From contig JABHCP010000015.1 of assembly GCA_018673485.1 (NCBI GenBank), positions 25,529 to 89,528 on the forward strand: a DNA stretch of 64,000 bases, read 5' to 3'. The notes under the pieces were generated by a model. That model did not search any database, was not told the DNA's origin, and saw only the letters and a list, made by a program, of their open reading frames with translations. Source of the stretch: Candidatus Uhrbacteria bacterium (GTDB lineage: Bacteria; Patescibacteriota; Patescibacteriia; UBA9934). A program made the position numbers and the translations under genes. Positions within the stretch are counted from its first letter, which is position 1, and the number at the start of each line of letters is the position of its first letter. Of this stretch, positions 33,961 to 47,489 are shown piece after piece.

Positions 33961-35064
33961 ATGAAAAAAATCCGCAAGCAAGACAAGCGGGTACAAAAGA
34001 AAGCCGAGCAACGAAAGGGGCTCGCTTCTTTTGTATCTTTCGCTAAGCAAAAAGAGATATTGGTTGGTGTGGGAGCTTTGATCCTGGTGGGCGCTATCGC
34101 GCTATTGGTTTTTGGACTCACAGTTGATGGGCCAGTGGACATTGTTGAAGAAATTTTTGAAGAGCAGATTCCCAGACATCCGCTAACAGGCGCTGTTTTG
34201 GATGAAGAGTTGGAAGAGCTTCCGCAAGTGTTTGGCGTGATGGTTGAAAACGCAGCTGACGCTTGGCCACTTTCAGGTATCGATGAAGCATTTTTAGTAA
34301 TTGAAGCTCCGGTTGAGGCAAGTATCCCACGGTTCATTGCTTTCTTTGGTTCAGATTCTGAAGTGGAAAAGATTGGTCCGGTTCGTTCGGCTCGACCATA
34401 TTACATTGATTGGAATGATGGATTGCAGGCAATCTACACACACGTTGGTGGTTCTCCAGAGGCATTAGAGCTTATTAAGAGTACATACGACACATTGGAC
34501 CTGAATCAGTTCTGGTACGCAGATTATTTCTACAGAGAAAATGGTACGCGTTACGCGCCTCATAACGTTTTTACTGACATTGAAATGTTGGTCGAGGCAT
34601 GGGCCGATGTGTTTGGCGATGTTGACGAGCCTGATTATGATGTGTGGGAGTTTGCAGATGATGCTCCTGTAGGTGTAGGAAAGTCTGTATCGATTGATTG
34701 GACTGATGGTACGACTTATGATGTTTCTTGGGAGTATCAACCTGAGACCAATGATTATTTACGATATCAAGGCTTGTCAGTTATGACACTTGAAGATGGT
34801 GATACTGTTGAAGCGAATAATATTGCTGTAATTGCAACCGACATTCGTGTGATTGACAACGAAGGACGACGTAGCATTGTTACAGAAGGAGGGGGTGATG
34901 CGCTAATTATTCAAAACGGAGAGATGTATTTGGCACGTTGGAAAAAGAGTGACCATGATGATCGATTGAAGTTTTATACCGCAGACGGTTACGAAATTTC
35001 ATTCAATGCCGGAAGCACATGGATTGAGATCGTCTCAAGCCTAAGCCAGGTCGAAACTGAATAG
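33961..35064 (+). CDS. membrane-anchored protein, DUF3048 (YerB)-like
   Basis: N-terminal TM; GPVRSARPYYIDW block reminiscent of DUF3048. Confidence 0.45.
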   Translation: MKKIRKQDKRVQKKAEQRKGLASFVSFAKQKEILVGVGALILVGAIALLVFGLTVDGPVDIVEEIFEEQIPRHPLTGAVLDEELEELPQVFGVMVENAADAWPLSGIDEAFLVIEAPVEASIPRFIAFFGSDSEVEKIGPVRSARPYYIDWNDGLQAIYTHVGGSPEALELIKSTYDTLDLNQFWYADYFYRENGTRYAPHNVFTDIEMLVEAWADVFGDVDEPDYDVWEFADDAPVGVGKSVSIDWTDGTTYDVSWEYQPETNDYLRYQGLSVMTLEDGDTVEANNIAVIATDIRVIDNEGRRSIVTEGGGDALIIQNGEMYLARWKKSDHDDRLKFYTADGYEISFNAGSTWIEIVSSLSQVETE

Positions 35065-35068
35065 AAAA

Positions 35069-35108
35069 TAAAAAACACTAGCATTTTCAAGCGCTAGTGT
35101 TTTTTTAA
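35069..35108. terminator. bidirectional intrinsic terminator between convergent genes
   Basis: AAAAAACACTAGC-ATTTTCAA-GCGCTAGTGTTTTTTT. Confidence 0.6.
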
Positions 35109-35983
35109 ATGCTAATTTTTACAATTCGTGCTTTGTGGTTGAGATCAGGGATTATTTTGATTTGTGCTTGAGGGAAGATTTCAAGAATCAAGGCTTGGAT
35201 TGACCGTTCTTGTCTTGGATCGATTTCAAAGTATAGGTCAAGTTCCGCGGGGAAGAGGTTTCGATTATTCGCAACTTGTTGCAGGAGTTGATCGTAAAGA
35301 TCGAGCCCGTCTATTCCACCTACTAGCGCGTGCTTTGGTTCGTATTCTTTAACATCGGGGTCTGAGAGCTCCCACTGCGTTGGAGTTAGGTAGGGAAGAT
35401 TGGCAAGTATTATTCCGTGCCCAGTTTCGCGGATATTTTTTTGAATATAAGGTTCAAGCAATGATCCGTGTTGGAATGCTATTAGATGATCAACTGTGTG
35501 TGATCGCGCATTACGTCGCGCAACAGACAACGCTTGAGGATCAATATCGATCGCAATTACAGGTTGTTGAAGCTCTGCAGCAAGTGTTACTGCAATTGCA
35601 CCGGAGCCTGTTCCAATTTCAATTAATGTTGATTCAGGAGATATGGCGCTCATCGCATTCTCTACCATGATTTCTGTTTCTGGTCTTGGAGTTAGAACAA
35701 ATTGATTAATAAAAAACGGTCGCCCAAAGAATTCTTTTTGTTGCAAAATGTGCGAGATCGGTTCGTGTCGTTGCCGTCTCTCGATTAGCCTTTGATAGGC
35801 CTCACATGTCGCAGGTGTTAGTTCATCTTCACCGTGCGCAAAAAGATAAGATGTTGGTTTGTCTAGATAGTGAGAAAGCAATACCTGCGCATCAAGCATT
35901 GGATTTGCTTGCATAATGCGTTTTTGATCTGCGGTGCTCTTGAGTTGTCCTTGCGCCCAATTAAGCGCTTCTAAGATGGTCAT
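35105..35983 (-). CDS. prmC: release factor glutamine N5-methyltransferase
   Basis: SAM motif EIGTGSGAIA and NLPY substrate motif; directly downstream of prfA. Confidence 0.85.
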   Translation of the reverse strand: MTILEALNWAQGQLKSTADQKRIMQANPMLDAQVLLSHYLDKPTSYLFAHGEDELTPATCEAYQRLIERRQRHEPISHILQQKEFFGRPFFINQFVLTPRPETEIMVENAMSAISPESTLIEIGTGSGAIAVTLAAELQQPVIAIDIDPQALSVARRNARSHTVDHLIAFQHGSLLEPYIQKNIRETGHGIILANLPYLTPTQWELSDPDVKEYEPKHALVGGIDGLDLYDQLLQQVANNRNLFPAELDLYFEIDPRQERSIQALILEIFPQAQIKIIPDLNHKARIVKISI

Positions 35984-36076
35984 ATTTTTGTCATTCTGAG
36001 CGAACGGAGTGAGTCGAAGAATCTGTTTGAGAGATCCTTCGACTTGGCCTTCGGCCTCGCTCAGGATGACGAATTA

Positions 36077-37147
36077 TTATTTTTCAAGCACGTCGTCGAT
36101 ATTTCTGTCAGCCAATCGAAGTTTGGTAATAATTTCTTCAATTTGTCCGTCGAGGATGCCTGGCAAGTTGTGCCAAGACTCTTTTATTCTGTGGTCAGTA
36201 ATCCTGTCTTGTGGAAAGTTGTATGTTCTAATTTTCTCAGAGCGATCTCCAGTTCCAATTTGGCTTAGGCGTTCTTCTGATAGTTCCTTTTGCTTCTTTG
36301 CCTGTTCATGAGCGAAAATGCGAGCGCGCATTATGTTTAGCGCCTTTTCCTTGTTTTGGTGCTGCGATCGTTCACTTTGGCAGTAAACCTGAATCCCAGT
36401 TGGTTTATGTGTCATTCTGATCGCTGACTCTGTTTTGTTCACGTGCTGACCACCAGCGCCCTGAGCTGTTGTTGTTTCAATTTCAAGTTCTGATGTATCA
36501 AGGTGAAATTCTTTTTCTTCCACCTTTGGCAAAACCGCAACTGTAACCGTTGAGGTGTGCACTCTTCCTTGTTTTTCAGTTTCAGGAACACGTTGTACGC
36601 GGTGTACTCCTGATTCATATTTCATATCTCCATAACTTCCTAGTCCACGAATTTCAAAGACTACTTCTTTAAATCCGCCAATATCATTTTGGCTTTGTGA
36701 AACAAGGTCGGTTTTACGTTCGGTTGTTTCTGCGAATCTGCTATACATTCTAAAAAGGTCTGTTGCAAAAAGTGCGGCCTCATCCCCACCTGCCCCGGCG
36801 CGAATTTCGATGATCGCGTCGTTGTCATCTATTGGGTCTTTAGGTATGAGCGCTAGTTCCAGTTTTTGCTTTTGCTCAGGAATTGATGTTTCAAGCTCGC
36901 TGATTTCACTTTTTGCTAGGTCTTGGACTTCTGCGTCTGGATCACTAAGTGCATTTTTTGCAGCCTCAAGATTTTTCTCACTTTCCAATATTTTAGCTGA
37001 GAGTTCGAGTATGTGGTTGGCATGCTGAAAATCACGGTTAGCCTGAGATAATTTTTCTTGATCACCAATAACGCCCGGGTCCATTAGTAGGGCGTTTAGT
37101 TCTTTGATTTTATTGGCGTAGGTGTCGTGAATTTTCTGTATATCCAT
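36077..37147 (-). CDS. prfA: peptide chain release factor 1
   Basis: GGQ motif [25 protein letters not shown]. Confidence 0.93.
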   Translation of the reverse strand: MDIQKIHDTYANKIKELNALLMDPGVIGDQEKLSQANRDFQHANHILELSAKILESEKNLEAAKNALSDPDAEVQDLAKSEISELETSIPEQKQKLELALIPKDPIDDNDAIIEIRAGAGGDEAALFATDLFRMYSRFAETTERKTDLVSQSQNDIGGFKEVVFEIRGLGSYGDMKYESGVHRVQRVPETEKQGRVHTSTVTVAVLPKVEEKEFHLDTSELEIETTTAQGAGGQHVNKTESAIRMTHKPTGIQVYCQSERSQHQNKEKALNIMRARIFAHEQAKKQKELSEERLSQIGTGDRSEKIRTYNFPQDRITDHRIKESWHNLPGILDGQIEEIITKLRLADRNIDDVLEK

Positions 37148-37228
37148 ATAGATTAATTATAGCATTGTATGAGATTACTTTTGCATAAATAAAACACCCG
37201 GGCTCCGGGTGCTATATTTAAATTTGAT

Positions 37229-37525
37229 TTACTCTTCAGTTTCCTTGAGTTTCTTTTCTGCCTTTTTTGCTGCTCGAGCTGCTTTTTTAACTGCCTTTGC
37301 CTTACTATCAAGTATTTCTGTTGATTTTTTGTCTTGTCGTGCTTTGAATTTTTCAACTCGACGAGCAGTGTCCACAATTTTTTGCTTACCTGTATAAAAC
37401 GGGTGGCACAGTGAACAAAGCTCAATGTTGATTTTTTCAACAGTTGAACCGATTTTTACTTCGTTTCCACAGGCACATTTGATAGTAGCTTGTGCGTGGT
37501 AGGTTGGGTGAATAGCTTTTTTCAT
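37229..37525 (-). CDS. rpmE: 50S ribosomal protein L31 with a Lys-rich C-terminal extension
   Basis: [23 protein letters not shown]...[12 protein letters not shown]; start at the internal Met. Confidence 0.85.
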   Translation of the reverse strand: MKKAIHPTYHAQATIKCACGNEVKIGSTVEKINIELCSLCHPFYTGKQKIVDTARRVEKFKARQDKKSTEILDSKAKAVKKAARAAKKAEKKLKETEE

Positions 37526-37706
37526 AGCACTGAATTTCGTCGAGATTGTAGCATGAGCCCTTTTTGCTGTCAATAAACGATCCTGGCCTATGGACAGGAT
37601 GCTTGGTATGGTGTACTTTAGAGCGTTCTGCGCGGAAAATCGTGCGGTACGACACGTCCCTTTTACCCCAATGTTCGAGAAAACCCACGCACGGAGGAGC
37701 AATTCA

Positions 37707-39902
37707 ATGCGTACGATTTATCTGATCCTGGTCGCTATTCTGGTGGCCGGCTGTCTCCCCGCTCTTCCGGAGTATGACCCTTCGGTAGAGAAGTACGATC
37801 TGCCACCGGCAGACGCTGATGGTGATGGCTACGAGTCTGATGTCGACTGCGACGATGACGATGCCAGCATCTATCCTGGCGCAGAAGAGATCTGCGACGG
37901 CCAGGATAACGACTGCGACGAGCTCACCGACGAGGATGTGGCTCAGAGCTTCTACCTCGACAGCGACGGTGACAGCTATGGCGATCCCAACATGATCATT
38001 CAGGCCTGCGAGGCCTCAAGCGACTACGTTGACAACGCTGACGACTGCGACGATGATGATCAGGACACCTACCCGGGTGCACCTGAGCGCTGCGACGGCG
38101 ATGACAACGACTGCGACGAGCAGATCGACGAGGACCTGGTGGAAACCTGGTATCTCGATTCCGACGGCGATAGCTTCGGCAACGTCGAGGAATCGATCGA
38201 ATCCTGTGATCCGTCAAGCGCCTATGTCGCGAATCCTGACGATTGCGATGACGCTGACGCCGAGGTTTACCCCGAGGCTGATGAGTATTGCGATCTGATC
38301 GACAACGACTGCGACAGCATGGTCGACGAAGACGATGCACTCGATGCCCAGACCTGGTACTTCGACGAGGATGGCGATGGCTACGGGCTCGACGATGAAT
38401 CGATCCAGAGTTGTCAGTGGCCTGAGGGCTATGCTCGCCACAGTGGTGACTGCGATGACGGCGACATAGCCTTCAATCCCGCAGCACTCGAGGACGATTG
38501 CACCGATCCCAACGACTACAACTGCGATGGCTCAACCGGCTATGCCGACGATGACAGCGATGGTTTCGCAGCCTGTGAGGAGTGCAATGACTCAGATGCG
38601 AGCATCAATCCCGCCGCGACCGAGATCTGCGACGAGCTCGACAACGACTGTGATGGCCTCATCGACGATGAGGATGACAGCCTCGACGCATCGACCGGTT
38701 CGATCTTTTACCTCGACGGCGACGGCGACGGCTACGGCGACTCAAGCGTGGCCGACGATGCCTGCGAGCCCTTGTCTGGCTACGTGGCCGACGCGACCGA
38801 CTGCGACGACACCGATGCGGACATCAACCCTGACGCGACTGAGGTCTGCGACGAGGACGATGTCGATGAGGACTGCAACGGCTACGCTGACGACGATGAT
38901 GTCAGTGTGGATGTGTCCACGCAGACAGATTGGTTCGATGACGGCGACGGCGATAGCTACGGTGACGCCGCTTCGCTCGTCACTGCGTGTGAGTCCCCGG
39001 ACGCACATGCAGTCACCAACGATTCGGACTGCGATGATACCGACTCCACAATCAACCCCGATGCGACCGAGGTCTGCGACGAGGATGATGTCGATGAGGA
39101 CTGCGACGGTCTGATCGATGACGACGACCCCAGTGTCGATGTTTCGACCGGCCCCACCTTCTACCTGGACTGGGATGGCGACGGCTACGGTGCCGATGAC
39201 TACACGGTCACGGCTTGCGACGCTCCTTCTGGGTACGTTGAGGACAGCACAGATTGCGATGATGCTGACGTAGACGTGAGTCCCGCTGCGACCGATGAGC
39301 AGGCCACGGCCTGGGATGAGGACTGCGATGGAGACGATGGACGCGCAGACGGTTACGAGTACGTCACCAGCTATTATGGTAACTGGTATGCCTCGGGCAG
39401 CAGCTTGGTGGAGGAGTCCACCTCCAATGAGTTTTCCACTCTCGAAAGTGGAATTACTAGTTGGTACGATGTTGCTGGTTCCAGCCTCGTGGTTTCCACG
39501 CATGTGTTCTCTTCGGTCTATTCCGGTGAAATGGATGTGATCGAGTTTCCTGAGAACACGGGGACACATCCGCTCGATGGATGTGTACGCGCGGATGATC
39601 TTTCCACTAGTCTGAGCGCAGGAGTGGATTACGGGTTCGTCTTTGTGGTGGCCAATACCAGTACCACTGGTTCGACAACCATCTTCGTAGCCGAAGGTGA
39701 TGGATACGAGTACCATGTCTCTGGAGAGGGGGATTACATCATGGGTGCGCTTGCGCTCAATGCTGGTGATGAGGTCTTGGTGGGCGAGGCTTTCACTGCC
39801 TCGGACAGCTCTGAAGATCTGTTGATCTGTGCCTTGGGTAACAGTGGCGCTGATGAGATGGACTTGCGGATTAGCCACTTTGGTATCTACTCGGTGAACT
39901 AG
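37707..39902 (+). CDS. high-GC lipoprotein built from Cys/Asp-rich putative metal-binding repeats (myxobacterial-type DxDxDGYxxxxDCDDxDxxxxPxAxExCDxxDNDCD modules)
   Basis: lipoprotein signal [16 protein letters not shown]; at least 8 repeat modules; GC content far above flanking genes. Confidence 0.6.
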   Translation: MRTIYLILVAILVAGCLPALPEYDPSVEKYDLPPADADGDGYESDVDCDDDDASIYPGAEEICDGQDNDCDELTDEDVAQSFYLDSDGDSYGDPNMIIQACEASSDYVDNADDCDDDDQDTYPGAPERCDGDDNDCDEQIDEDLVETWYLDSDGDSFGNVEESIESCDPSSAYVANPDDCDDADAEVYPEADEYCDLIDNDCDSMVDEDDALDAQTWYFDEDGDGYGLDDESIQSCQWPEGYARHSGDCDDGDIAFNPAALEDDCTDPNDYNCDGSTGYADDDSDGFAACEECNDSDASINPAATEICDELDNDCDGLIDDEDDSLDASTGSIFYLDGDGDGYGDSSVADDACEPLSGYVADATDCDDTDADINPDATEVCDEDDVDEDCNGYADDDDVSVDVSTQTDWFDDGDGDSYGDAASLVTACESPDAHAVTNDSDCDDTDSTINPDATEVCDEDDVDEDCDGLIDDDDPSVDVSTGPTFYLDWDGDGYGADDYTVTACDAPSGYVEDSTDCDDADVDVSPAATDEQATAWDEDCDGDDGRADGYEYVTSYYGNWYASGSSLVEESTSNEFSTLESGITSWYDVAGSSLVVSTHVFSSVYSGEMDVIEFPENTGTHPLDGCVRADDLSTSLSAGVDYGFVFVVANTSTTGSTTIFVAEGDGYEYHVSGEGDYIMGALALNAGDEVLVGEAFTASDSSEDLLICALGNSGADEMDLRISHFGIYSVN

Positions 39903-40189
39903 AGCGATGGCTCAGAAAACAACGAAAACCCCCTGATTCAGGGCCTAGCGGTGCTCCGCAAAGGTTGCTGGATTGGGGGATTGTGCTTTGGGCAATGTTG
40001 AGCTTCCAAGGTAGCTATTGACAAAATAGCTAAAATTTGGTAAAAAAAGGCGTTATTTTGTAGTGTTTTTTGTTTTATGTAAGTGGTATCTTTCCTTTTA
40101 CATAAGGCCAAAAGCTTCTTTCACATCTACACTTTCCCCCATTGCCACGCTGGCCTGCGTGACAATAAACCCCCAGCAAGGAGAATGTC

Positions 40190-42058
<1,869 letters not shown>

Positions 42059-42157
42059 ACCCAGCCCCAGACACGGCCCTCGAGCCGGCAGATGGAAAGC
42101 ATGCACTGCATGTGGACCTCTGCCGGCTCTTCTGCTTTTCTGATACAATATAGGTGA

Positions 42158-43687
42158 ATGATTAATCTGAAGGAGACTTATCAAGCAAGTGATCAATACG
42201 CACGCTTTGCCGCGTTTGTTCTTTTTGGTATTTCACTCGCAGCTTTGGTTGGCTCAATAGTATTCTCCCCATCTCTTATTTTGGGAGTTGTGTTTGCGAT
42301 AGCGGTTTTGGTGATGAGTTTTGTGCGGCCAACTTGGTCATTAGCGTTCCTGCTTGTTTATCTGCCATTTGAGCCATTTCTGCTGAAGTGGATTTCAGAT
42401 GACATTTATTTATATGCCCGTTATTTTTCAGAGTTATTAATTTATTTGCTCGTTGTTGTTGTTTTTTGGAAGTTTGCCAGTGGTCAGCTTAAGTTAAAAC
42501 AGTCGCCAATCGACGTTATATTCATCCTATTTTTAATTGCATTATTAACATCAGCGCTTGTAAATTTTGTTGATCCAACAGTCGCAGTGCTAGGAATTCG
42601 TCAGATCATTCGCTTTATTCTTTTGTTCTTTGTGACGATTTATTTAAATCCAACAGACAAATGGATCAAGTCTTTGGTTTATATAATGTTTATTATTTTA
42701 GGATTTGAGGTTTTGCTCGGAGTAGGGCAAGTGTTTTTTGGAGAAATGCTAGATAGCTTTTTACTACCATCAGAAGCCCGAGCTTTTGGTGAGATTCAGC
42801 TTACATCAGGAACTGTACAATTTTGGGACCATGGACAGCGGATTTTTGGAACTCTTGGTCGTTATGACAGGCTGGGAACTTTTATGGCATTTTTTATGCT
42901 GATCGGAGTTTCAATGCTTTATGAGCCGAGACTGCGTAAGTATCGATCGCTGTTGATTTTCTTACTAGTTCTTTCTATTTTTACGTTAGCAATGACATAT
43001 TCTCGCTCGGCGTGGTTTGGTTTTGTTTTGGGATTTTTGTTTATTGCCATATGGGCCAAGAAAGATAGGCGAGTAGTATGGGCCGTAGGAGTGGCTTTGG
43101 GCGCGATCGCTGTATATCTAGCTATATCTGGGCTTATTGTAAGCAATTTATTTGACGTTGCCGATCAAACCGTAATTGAAAGGTTTTTTGAAGCGTTTTC
43201 TTATGAAAGGTGGCGAGGTGAGTATTATGGATTAGGGCGACTTTATTGGATTGTGCAGACTGTCATTACCGTAATTCCGGCAGCGTTTATTTTTGGATTT
43301 GGTCCAGCAACATATGGTGGAGGTGCAGTGGCAGCATTGGGAAATACAGAAGTTTATGATCAGCTAGGATTGTCATTTGGTGTTTATGGAACAGAGGGTT
43401 ACATTGATAACAATTGGTTTAGTTTGTGGGGTGAGACTGGAACACTTGGATTAACAATATACATAGTGATGTATGTGACTTTGTTTTTGATATGTTTAAA
43501 AGTATGGCGAAGGTCAAAAAAATCATTTACTAGAGCTTTAGCACTTGGCGTAGCAGCAGCAATGATTGCTATTGTACTTAATTCATTTTTAGCTACTTTT
43601 TTGGAAGTGAGAACCCTAGCTCCATACTTGTGGGTATTTACTGCATTGGTAGTTATCATGGGGGTACGCGAAAAATTAATTGAGTAA
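42158..43687 (+). CDS. O-antigen ligase / Wzy-like polytopic membrane protein
   Basis: ~12 TM helices; block [25 protein letters not shown] typical of O-antigen ligase family. Confidence 0.55.
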   Translation: MINLKETYQASDQYARFAAFVLFGISLAALVGSIVFSPSLILGVVFAIAVLVMSFVRPTWSLAFLLVYLPFEPFLLKWISDDIYLYARYFSELLIYLLVVVVFWKFASGQLKLKQSPIDVIFILFLIALLTSALVNFVDPTVAVLGIRQIIRFILLFFVTIYLNPTDKWIKSLVYIMFIILGFEVLLGVGQVFFGEMLDSFLLPSEARAFGEIQLTSGTVQFWDHGQRIFGTLGRYDRLGTFMAFFMLIGVSMLYEPRLRKYRSLLIFLLVLSIFTLAMTYSRSAWFGFVLGFLFIAIWAKKDRRVVWAVGVALGAIAVYLAISGLIVSNLFDVADQTVIERFFEAFSYERWRGEYYGLGRLYWIVQTVITVIPAAFIFGFGPATYGGGAVAALGNTEVYDQLGLSFGVYGTEGYIDNNWFSLWGETGTLGLTIYIVMYVTLFLICLKVWRRSKKSFTRALALGVAAAMIAIVLNSFLATFLEVRTLAPYLWVFTALVVIMGVREKLIE

Positions 43688-43695
43688 GTTTTATT

Positions 43696-44919
43696 ATGAA
43701 GATAATACATGCTCACAAATATTATTATCCACGTGCAGGCGCTGAGCGCTACATGTTGGATTTAATGAAGATGCAACAAGAAGACGGGCATCAGGTTGTG
43801 CCATTTTGTATGCATTATCCAAAAAATTTAGAGTCCACTTGGTCGGAATATTTTGTATCTGAACTTAAAACTGAAACTGGAACAAGTAGTCCTTGGCATG
43901 CCTTGAAACAAACTTGTCGATCTTTATGGTCGCTTGAAGCTAAAAGAAAGTTTGAGGCTTTGGTTGATGTGATCGATCCTGACGTTGTTCATGTTCATAA
44001 TATTTACACACACATTTCGCCTTCAATGCTCAAGGTTTGTCAGAAGCGGGGGATTCCAGTTGTAATGACTGTGCATGATTACGCTCCGGTGAGTGCGAAT
44101 TATTCGCTGTGGGACCATGGTCGCACAATGAATCTAGAAAAAATCGGACTGTTTGCAACGGCCCGTACCAAATTTATTAAAGGTTCTTATCTTAAGACTT
44201 TGGTGTTAGATGTAATTTTGACTTGGCAGAGATTCTTGAAAATGTACGAGAAACGCGTTGATAAGTTTTTAGCAAATTCAAAGTTTACAGCAGCAGTATT
44301 AGTTAGAGCTGGTTTTAATCAAGATAAAGTAAAGACGCTGTATCCATTTACACAACTTCCAACAGAGACTGATTATAAGGATGATGGTTATGTTTTATTT
44401 TTTGGCAGACTTGAAGATTATAAAGGGGTGCAGTTATTGATCGAAGCAATGAAGAAGTTTCCTAATACGAAGTTAAAAATTGCAGGAACTGGAACTTACG
44501 AGCATGAACTTCGAGAATTATCAAAGGGAATGGCTAATGTAGAGTTTTTAGGATTTGTGTCCGGTCAGGCTCGTGAAGATTTAATTAGAAAGGCAAGGGT
44601 GTGTGTGGTGCCATCAATTTGGTATGAGCCATTTGGTTTAGTTGCGGTGGAGGCCATGATTCGCAAGACTCCAGTTATAGTCTCAGACATCGGAGGGCTC
44701 AAAGAGATTGTTGAGCCTGGTGTTAGTGGTGAAATATTTAGAGCAGGGGACAGTGAAGATCTTGTGGATAAGATAAGGTTGTTCATACAGGATCCAAACT
44801 ACGCTGAGTCTTTTTCACATGGCGCGCACGATAGAGCATGTGAGATTTCAGATCCTCAGGAGCATTACGCAAATATTATGCAAGAATATGGATGGTTGAT
44901 AGAGAATGGGGAATTGTAG
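43696..44919 (+). CDS. glycosyltransferase family 1 (GT4-type)
   Basis: C-terminal EPFGLVAVEAMIRKTPVIVSDIGGLKEIV. Confidence 0.8.
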   Translation: MKIIHAHKYYYPRAGAERYMLDLMKMQQEDGHQVVPFCMHYPKNLESTWSEYFVSELKTETGTSSPWHALKQTCRSLWSLEAKRKFEALVDVIDPDVVHVHNIYTHISPSMLKVCQKRGIPVVMTVHDYAPVSANYSLWDHGRTMNLEKIGLFATARTKFIKGSYLKTLVLDVILTWQRFLKMYEKRVDKFLANSKFTAAVLVRAGFNQDKVKTLYPFTQLPTETDYKDDGYVLFFGRLEDYKGVQLLIEAMKKFPNTKLKIAGTGTYEHELRELSKGMANVEFLGFVSGQAREDLIRKARVCVVPSIWYEPFGLVAVEAMIRKTPVIVSDIGGLKEIVEPGVSGEIFRAGDSEDLVDKIRLFIQDPNYAESFSHGAHDRACEISDPQEHYANIMQEYGWLIENGEL

Positions 44920-45074
44920 AAACTGTGTATAACTTTAAAAATCGACCAATATTGGTCGATTTTTTGGTACCGAATCTGTATCAATAGCATTGACAGTTCG
45001 AGTATATTTTGCTAAGGTTCGTCGTTATCAAATCAAAGCTAAGCTTTGAAATAAAATCATTCGAAACATTTATT

Positions 45075-46235
45075 ATGCATATTGCATTTATTGGACAAAA
45101 GGGAATTCCAAGTAAATACGGTGGAATCGAAACGCACGTTGAGGAGCTTGCAACACGTTTGGTTCGATTTGGTCACCACGTGACTGGATACACTAGAGGC
45201 TGGTACACACCAGCTGACACGGATAAATATAATGGAATTGAACTTAAGTCATTGCCATCAATTAATACTAAGCACTTGGATGCGATCTCTCATACATTTA
45301 TCGCAACGATTCATGCATGTTTATTTTTACGTCCTGACGTGATTCATTTTCACGGTGTTGGACCGTCATTGCTTTCATGGATTCCAAAGATTTTGCGACC
45401 TCAGGCAGTAGTGATTAACACATTCCATTGTATTGATAGAGAGCATGCCAAGTGGGGCCGAGTTGCACAGTGGGCATTGCACATTGGTGAAAAGGCTTGT
45501 GCTAAGTTTGCGCATGAAGTTATTGCGGTAAGTAGGACGCTCGTAAATTACATTGGAGTTGAATATGGTGAGCGCGTTAATTACATTCCAAACGGGATTA
45601 CTCCACGCAGAGTTGTAGTTGATGATGTGATTTTAGCACCTCTAGGATTGGAACCTTACAAGTACATCGCCATGGTTTCACGCTTGGTACCACACAAGGG
45701 ACAGCACACACTAATCGATGCTTGGAAGTTGGCACGCGAAAAGAATCCTTCAATTTTAGCTGGTACAAAATTGGCAATTGTTGGAGGCTCGGCATTTACC
45801 GACGATTACGTTGAGCAGCTTCACGCTCAAGCGCAAGGTGATGATTCAATTGTTTTCACAGGATATCAAAGAGGCGATGCCTTAAAGTCATTATTTGCAG
45901 GTGCGCGATTTATGGTGCACCCAAGTACATCAGAAGGTTTGCCAATTGCGGTCCTCGAGGCAATGAGCTTTGGAAAGACAGTGATTGCGTCTGACATTCC
46001 AGAGAACATGGAGGTAGCCGCTGAATACGGAATCCCATTTGCAACTGGAGATATAGATGAACTTTCAGATAAAATCATTGAGCTTGCAAGTGATGATATG
46101 AAGGCAGCTTCAATCGGTCACGCTGCTCGAGAGTTTGTAGAAACAGAATACAACTGGGACGACATCGCCCGCGAGACACACGAGATTTACGAAAAGCGCT
46201 TAGCACTTCGTGATGGAGTATTGGCGATAAGATAA
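45075..46235 (+). CDS. glycosyltransferase family 1 (GT4-type)
   Basis: MHIAFIGQKGIPSKYGGIETHVEEL N-terminus; EGLPIAVLEAMSFGKTVIASDIPEN. Confidence 0.8.
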   Translation: MHIAFIGQKGIPSKYGGIETHVEELATRLVRFGHHVTGYTRGWYTPADTDKYNGIELKSLPSINTKHLDAISHTFIATIHACLFLRPDVIHFHGVGPSLLSWIPKILRPQAVVINTFHCIDREHAKWGRVAQWALHIGEKACAKFAHEVIAVSRTLVNYIGVEYGERVNYIPNGITPRRVVVDDVILAPLGLEPYKYIAMVSRLVPHKGQHTLIDAWKLAREKNPSILAGTKLAIVGGSAFTDDYVEQLHAQAQGDDSIVFTGYQRGDALKSLFAGARFMVHPSTSEGLPIAVLEAMSFGKTVIASDIPENMEVAAEYGIPFATGDIDELSDKIIELASDDMKAASIGHAAREFVETEYNWDDIARETHEIYEKRLALRDGVLAIR

Positions 46236-46292
46236 AGGTAATTAAAATTTCAAAATATCCAACATTCGATGTTGGATATTTTGTTTTGGGCC

Positions 46293-47489
46293 CTATTTAC
46301 TGATTAGGTCTGGAGTTTTTACGTATGAAAGGTCTAGGTGTTTTATTGTATCGAGGTGGTGCAGGCCGATGTTTCCAGCGAATAGTAGTTTTTGAACGTC
46401 AGGATTTTCAATGTCGGTCTTGCGGATCTTTTCAAGCCCGGATCTGTATATGTGATCCTTACATGTCCCCAGTCCTGGTTTGTTTGGATTTGTAATTCCT
46501 CTGTAGGCGCGCATGCAAAGTTTCCATACACGACTTTGTTGCTCTTCTTTGGTGACAGATCGCCCAACCAATTTATCAAGTGCCATTCGAGCTTTTAACA
46601 ACTTTTGAAATGTTTGATTGAAATCATGCTCCTGTGTAAGTGCACAGGCGTAGCTTCCCCAGAAGCCAGAATCAAATTGCCTTGGCTTATCTCCTTGCTT
46701 CATTTGAAAGTAAAGAGCCAAGCCTTCGTCGGTTTCTATATAACTGTCGAGTCCAATTCTTAAAATGTGCAAAGGGCTGTTCATTCCATTTTGAGTACGC
46801 AGGGCGTGGATTTCGATTTCATGTATGAGTAAACGTTTTGCACGTCCATGCGAGGCTTTAAATTTTCTAGGGATCCAGATGGTGGCTGTATTTTTACTGC
46901 GACCTCGACTGAGCTTTACATTTGGTTGATCTGTGAATTTTATTTTCCAGTTTTGCATTTCATAATAATCCAAAACTGTCTGTACTTGCTGCGCAAACAT
47001 TTCAGCATTAATAGGTTTCTGTTTAGCTTTAAAATTTGAGCTTGGTGAAATCATCCTACTTAATTCATTCTCAAGTTCAGTTTTATCGCATTGGTGAGTT
47101 CCAAATAATTCTCTGGCTATCTTTTCTACTGTGCGGTCATCACTGGCCTTGATTGCCACGATCATGTTAGCCCTTGTTTTTAGCTCTGACAATTTTGCAA
47201 TGTAAAGGTCACGAATCCAATCTTCTGTTTCCATTTTTCCAATATCTGTTTTGCACTCTTCTAGTTCTTTCAGATAATTTTCAATGTCAAAATCCATTGC
47301 CCGCGTATAAGAAAAAACAGGGTTTTTACCACTTAGTAAAAATTCCTGCTTTTGCACCTTTGTATCTTGCGGATCAGGTTTTATTAGCTTGAAAAATGGA
47401 AAAATTGGCAGCTTGTAAAAGCGCTCAAAAAGTTCTTGGTCAAGTTTAGTATGTGACAATCCCGCCATATGAAGAAGCCTTTGTATCAT
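46293..47489 (-). CDS. DUF1704-like protein with HExxH and xEGLA motifs (putative metallopeptidase)
   Basis: HEIEIHALR and ETDEGLALYFQ. Confidence 0.5.
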   Translation of the reverse strand: MIQRLLHMAGLSHTKLDQELFERFYKLPIFPFFKLIKPDPQDTKVQKQEFLLSGKNPVFSYTRAMDFDIENYLKELEECKTDIGKMETEDWIRDLYIAKLSELKTRANMIVAIKASDDRTVEKIARELFGTHQCDKTELENELSRMISPSSNFKAKQKPINAEMFAQQVQTVLDYYEMQNWKIKFTDQPNVKLSRGRSKNTATIWIPRKFKASHGRAKRLLIHEIEIHALRTQNGMNSPLHILRIGLDSYIETDEGLALYFQMKQGDKPRQFDSGFWGSYACALTQEHDFNQTFQKLLKARMALDKLVGRSVTKEEQQSRVWKLCMRAYRGITNPNKPGLGTCKDHIYRSGLEKIRKTDIENPDVQKLLFAGNIGLHHLDTIKHLDLSYVKTPDLISK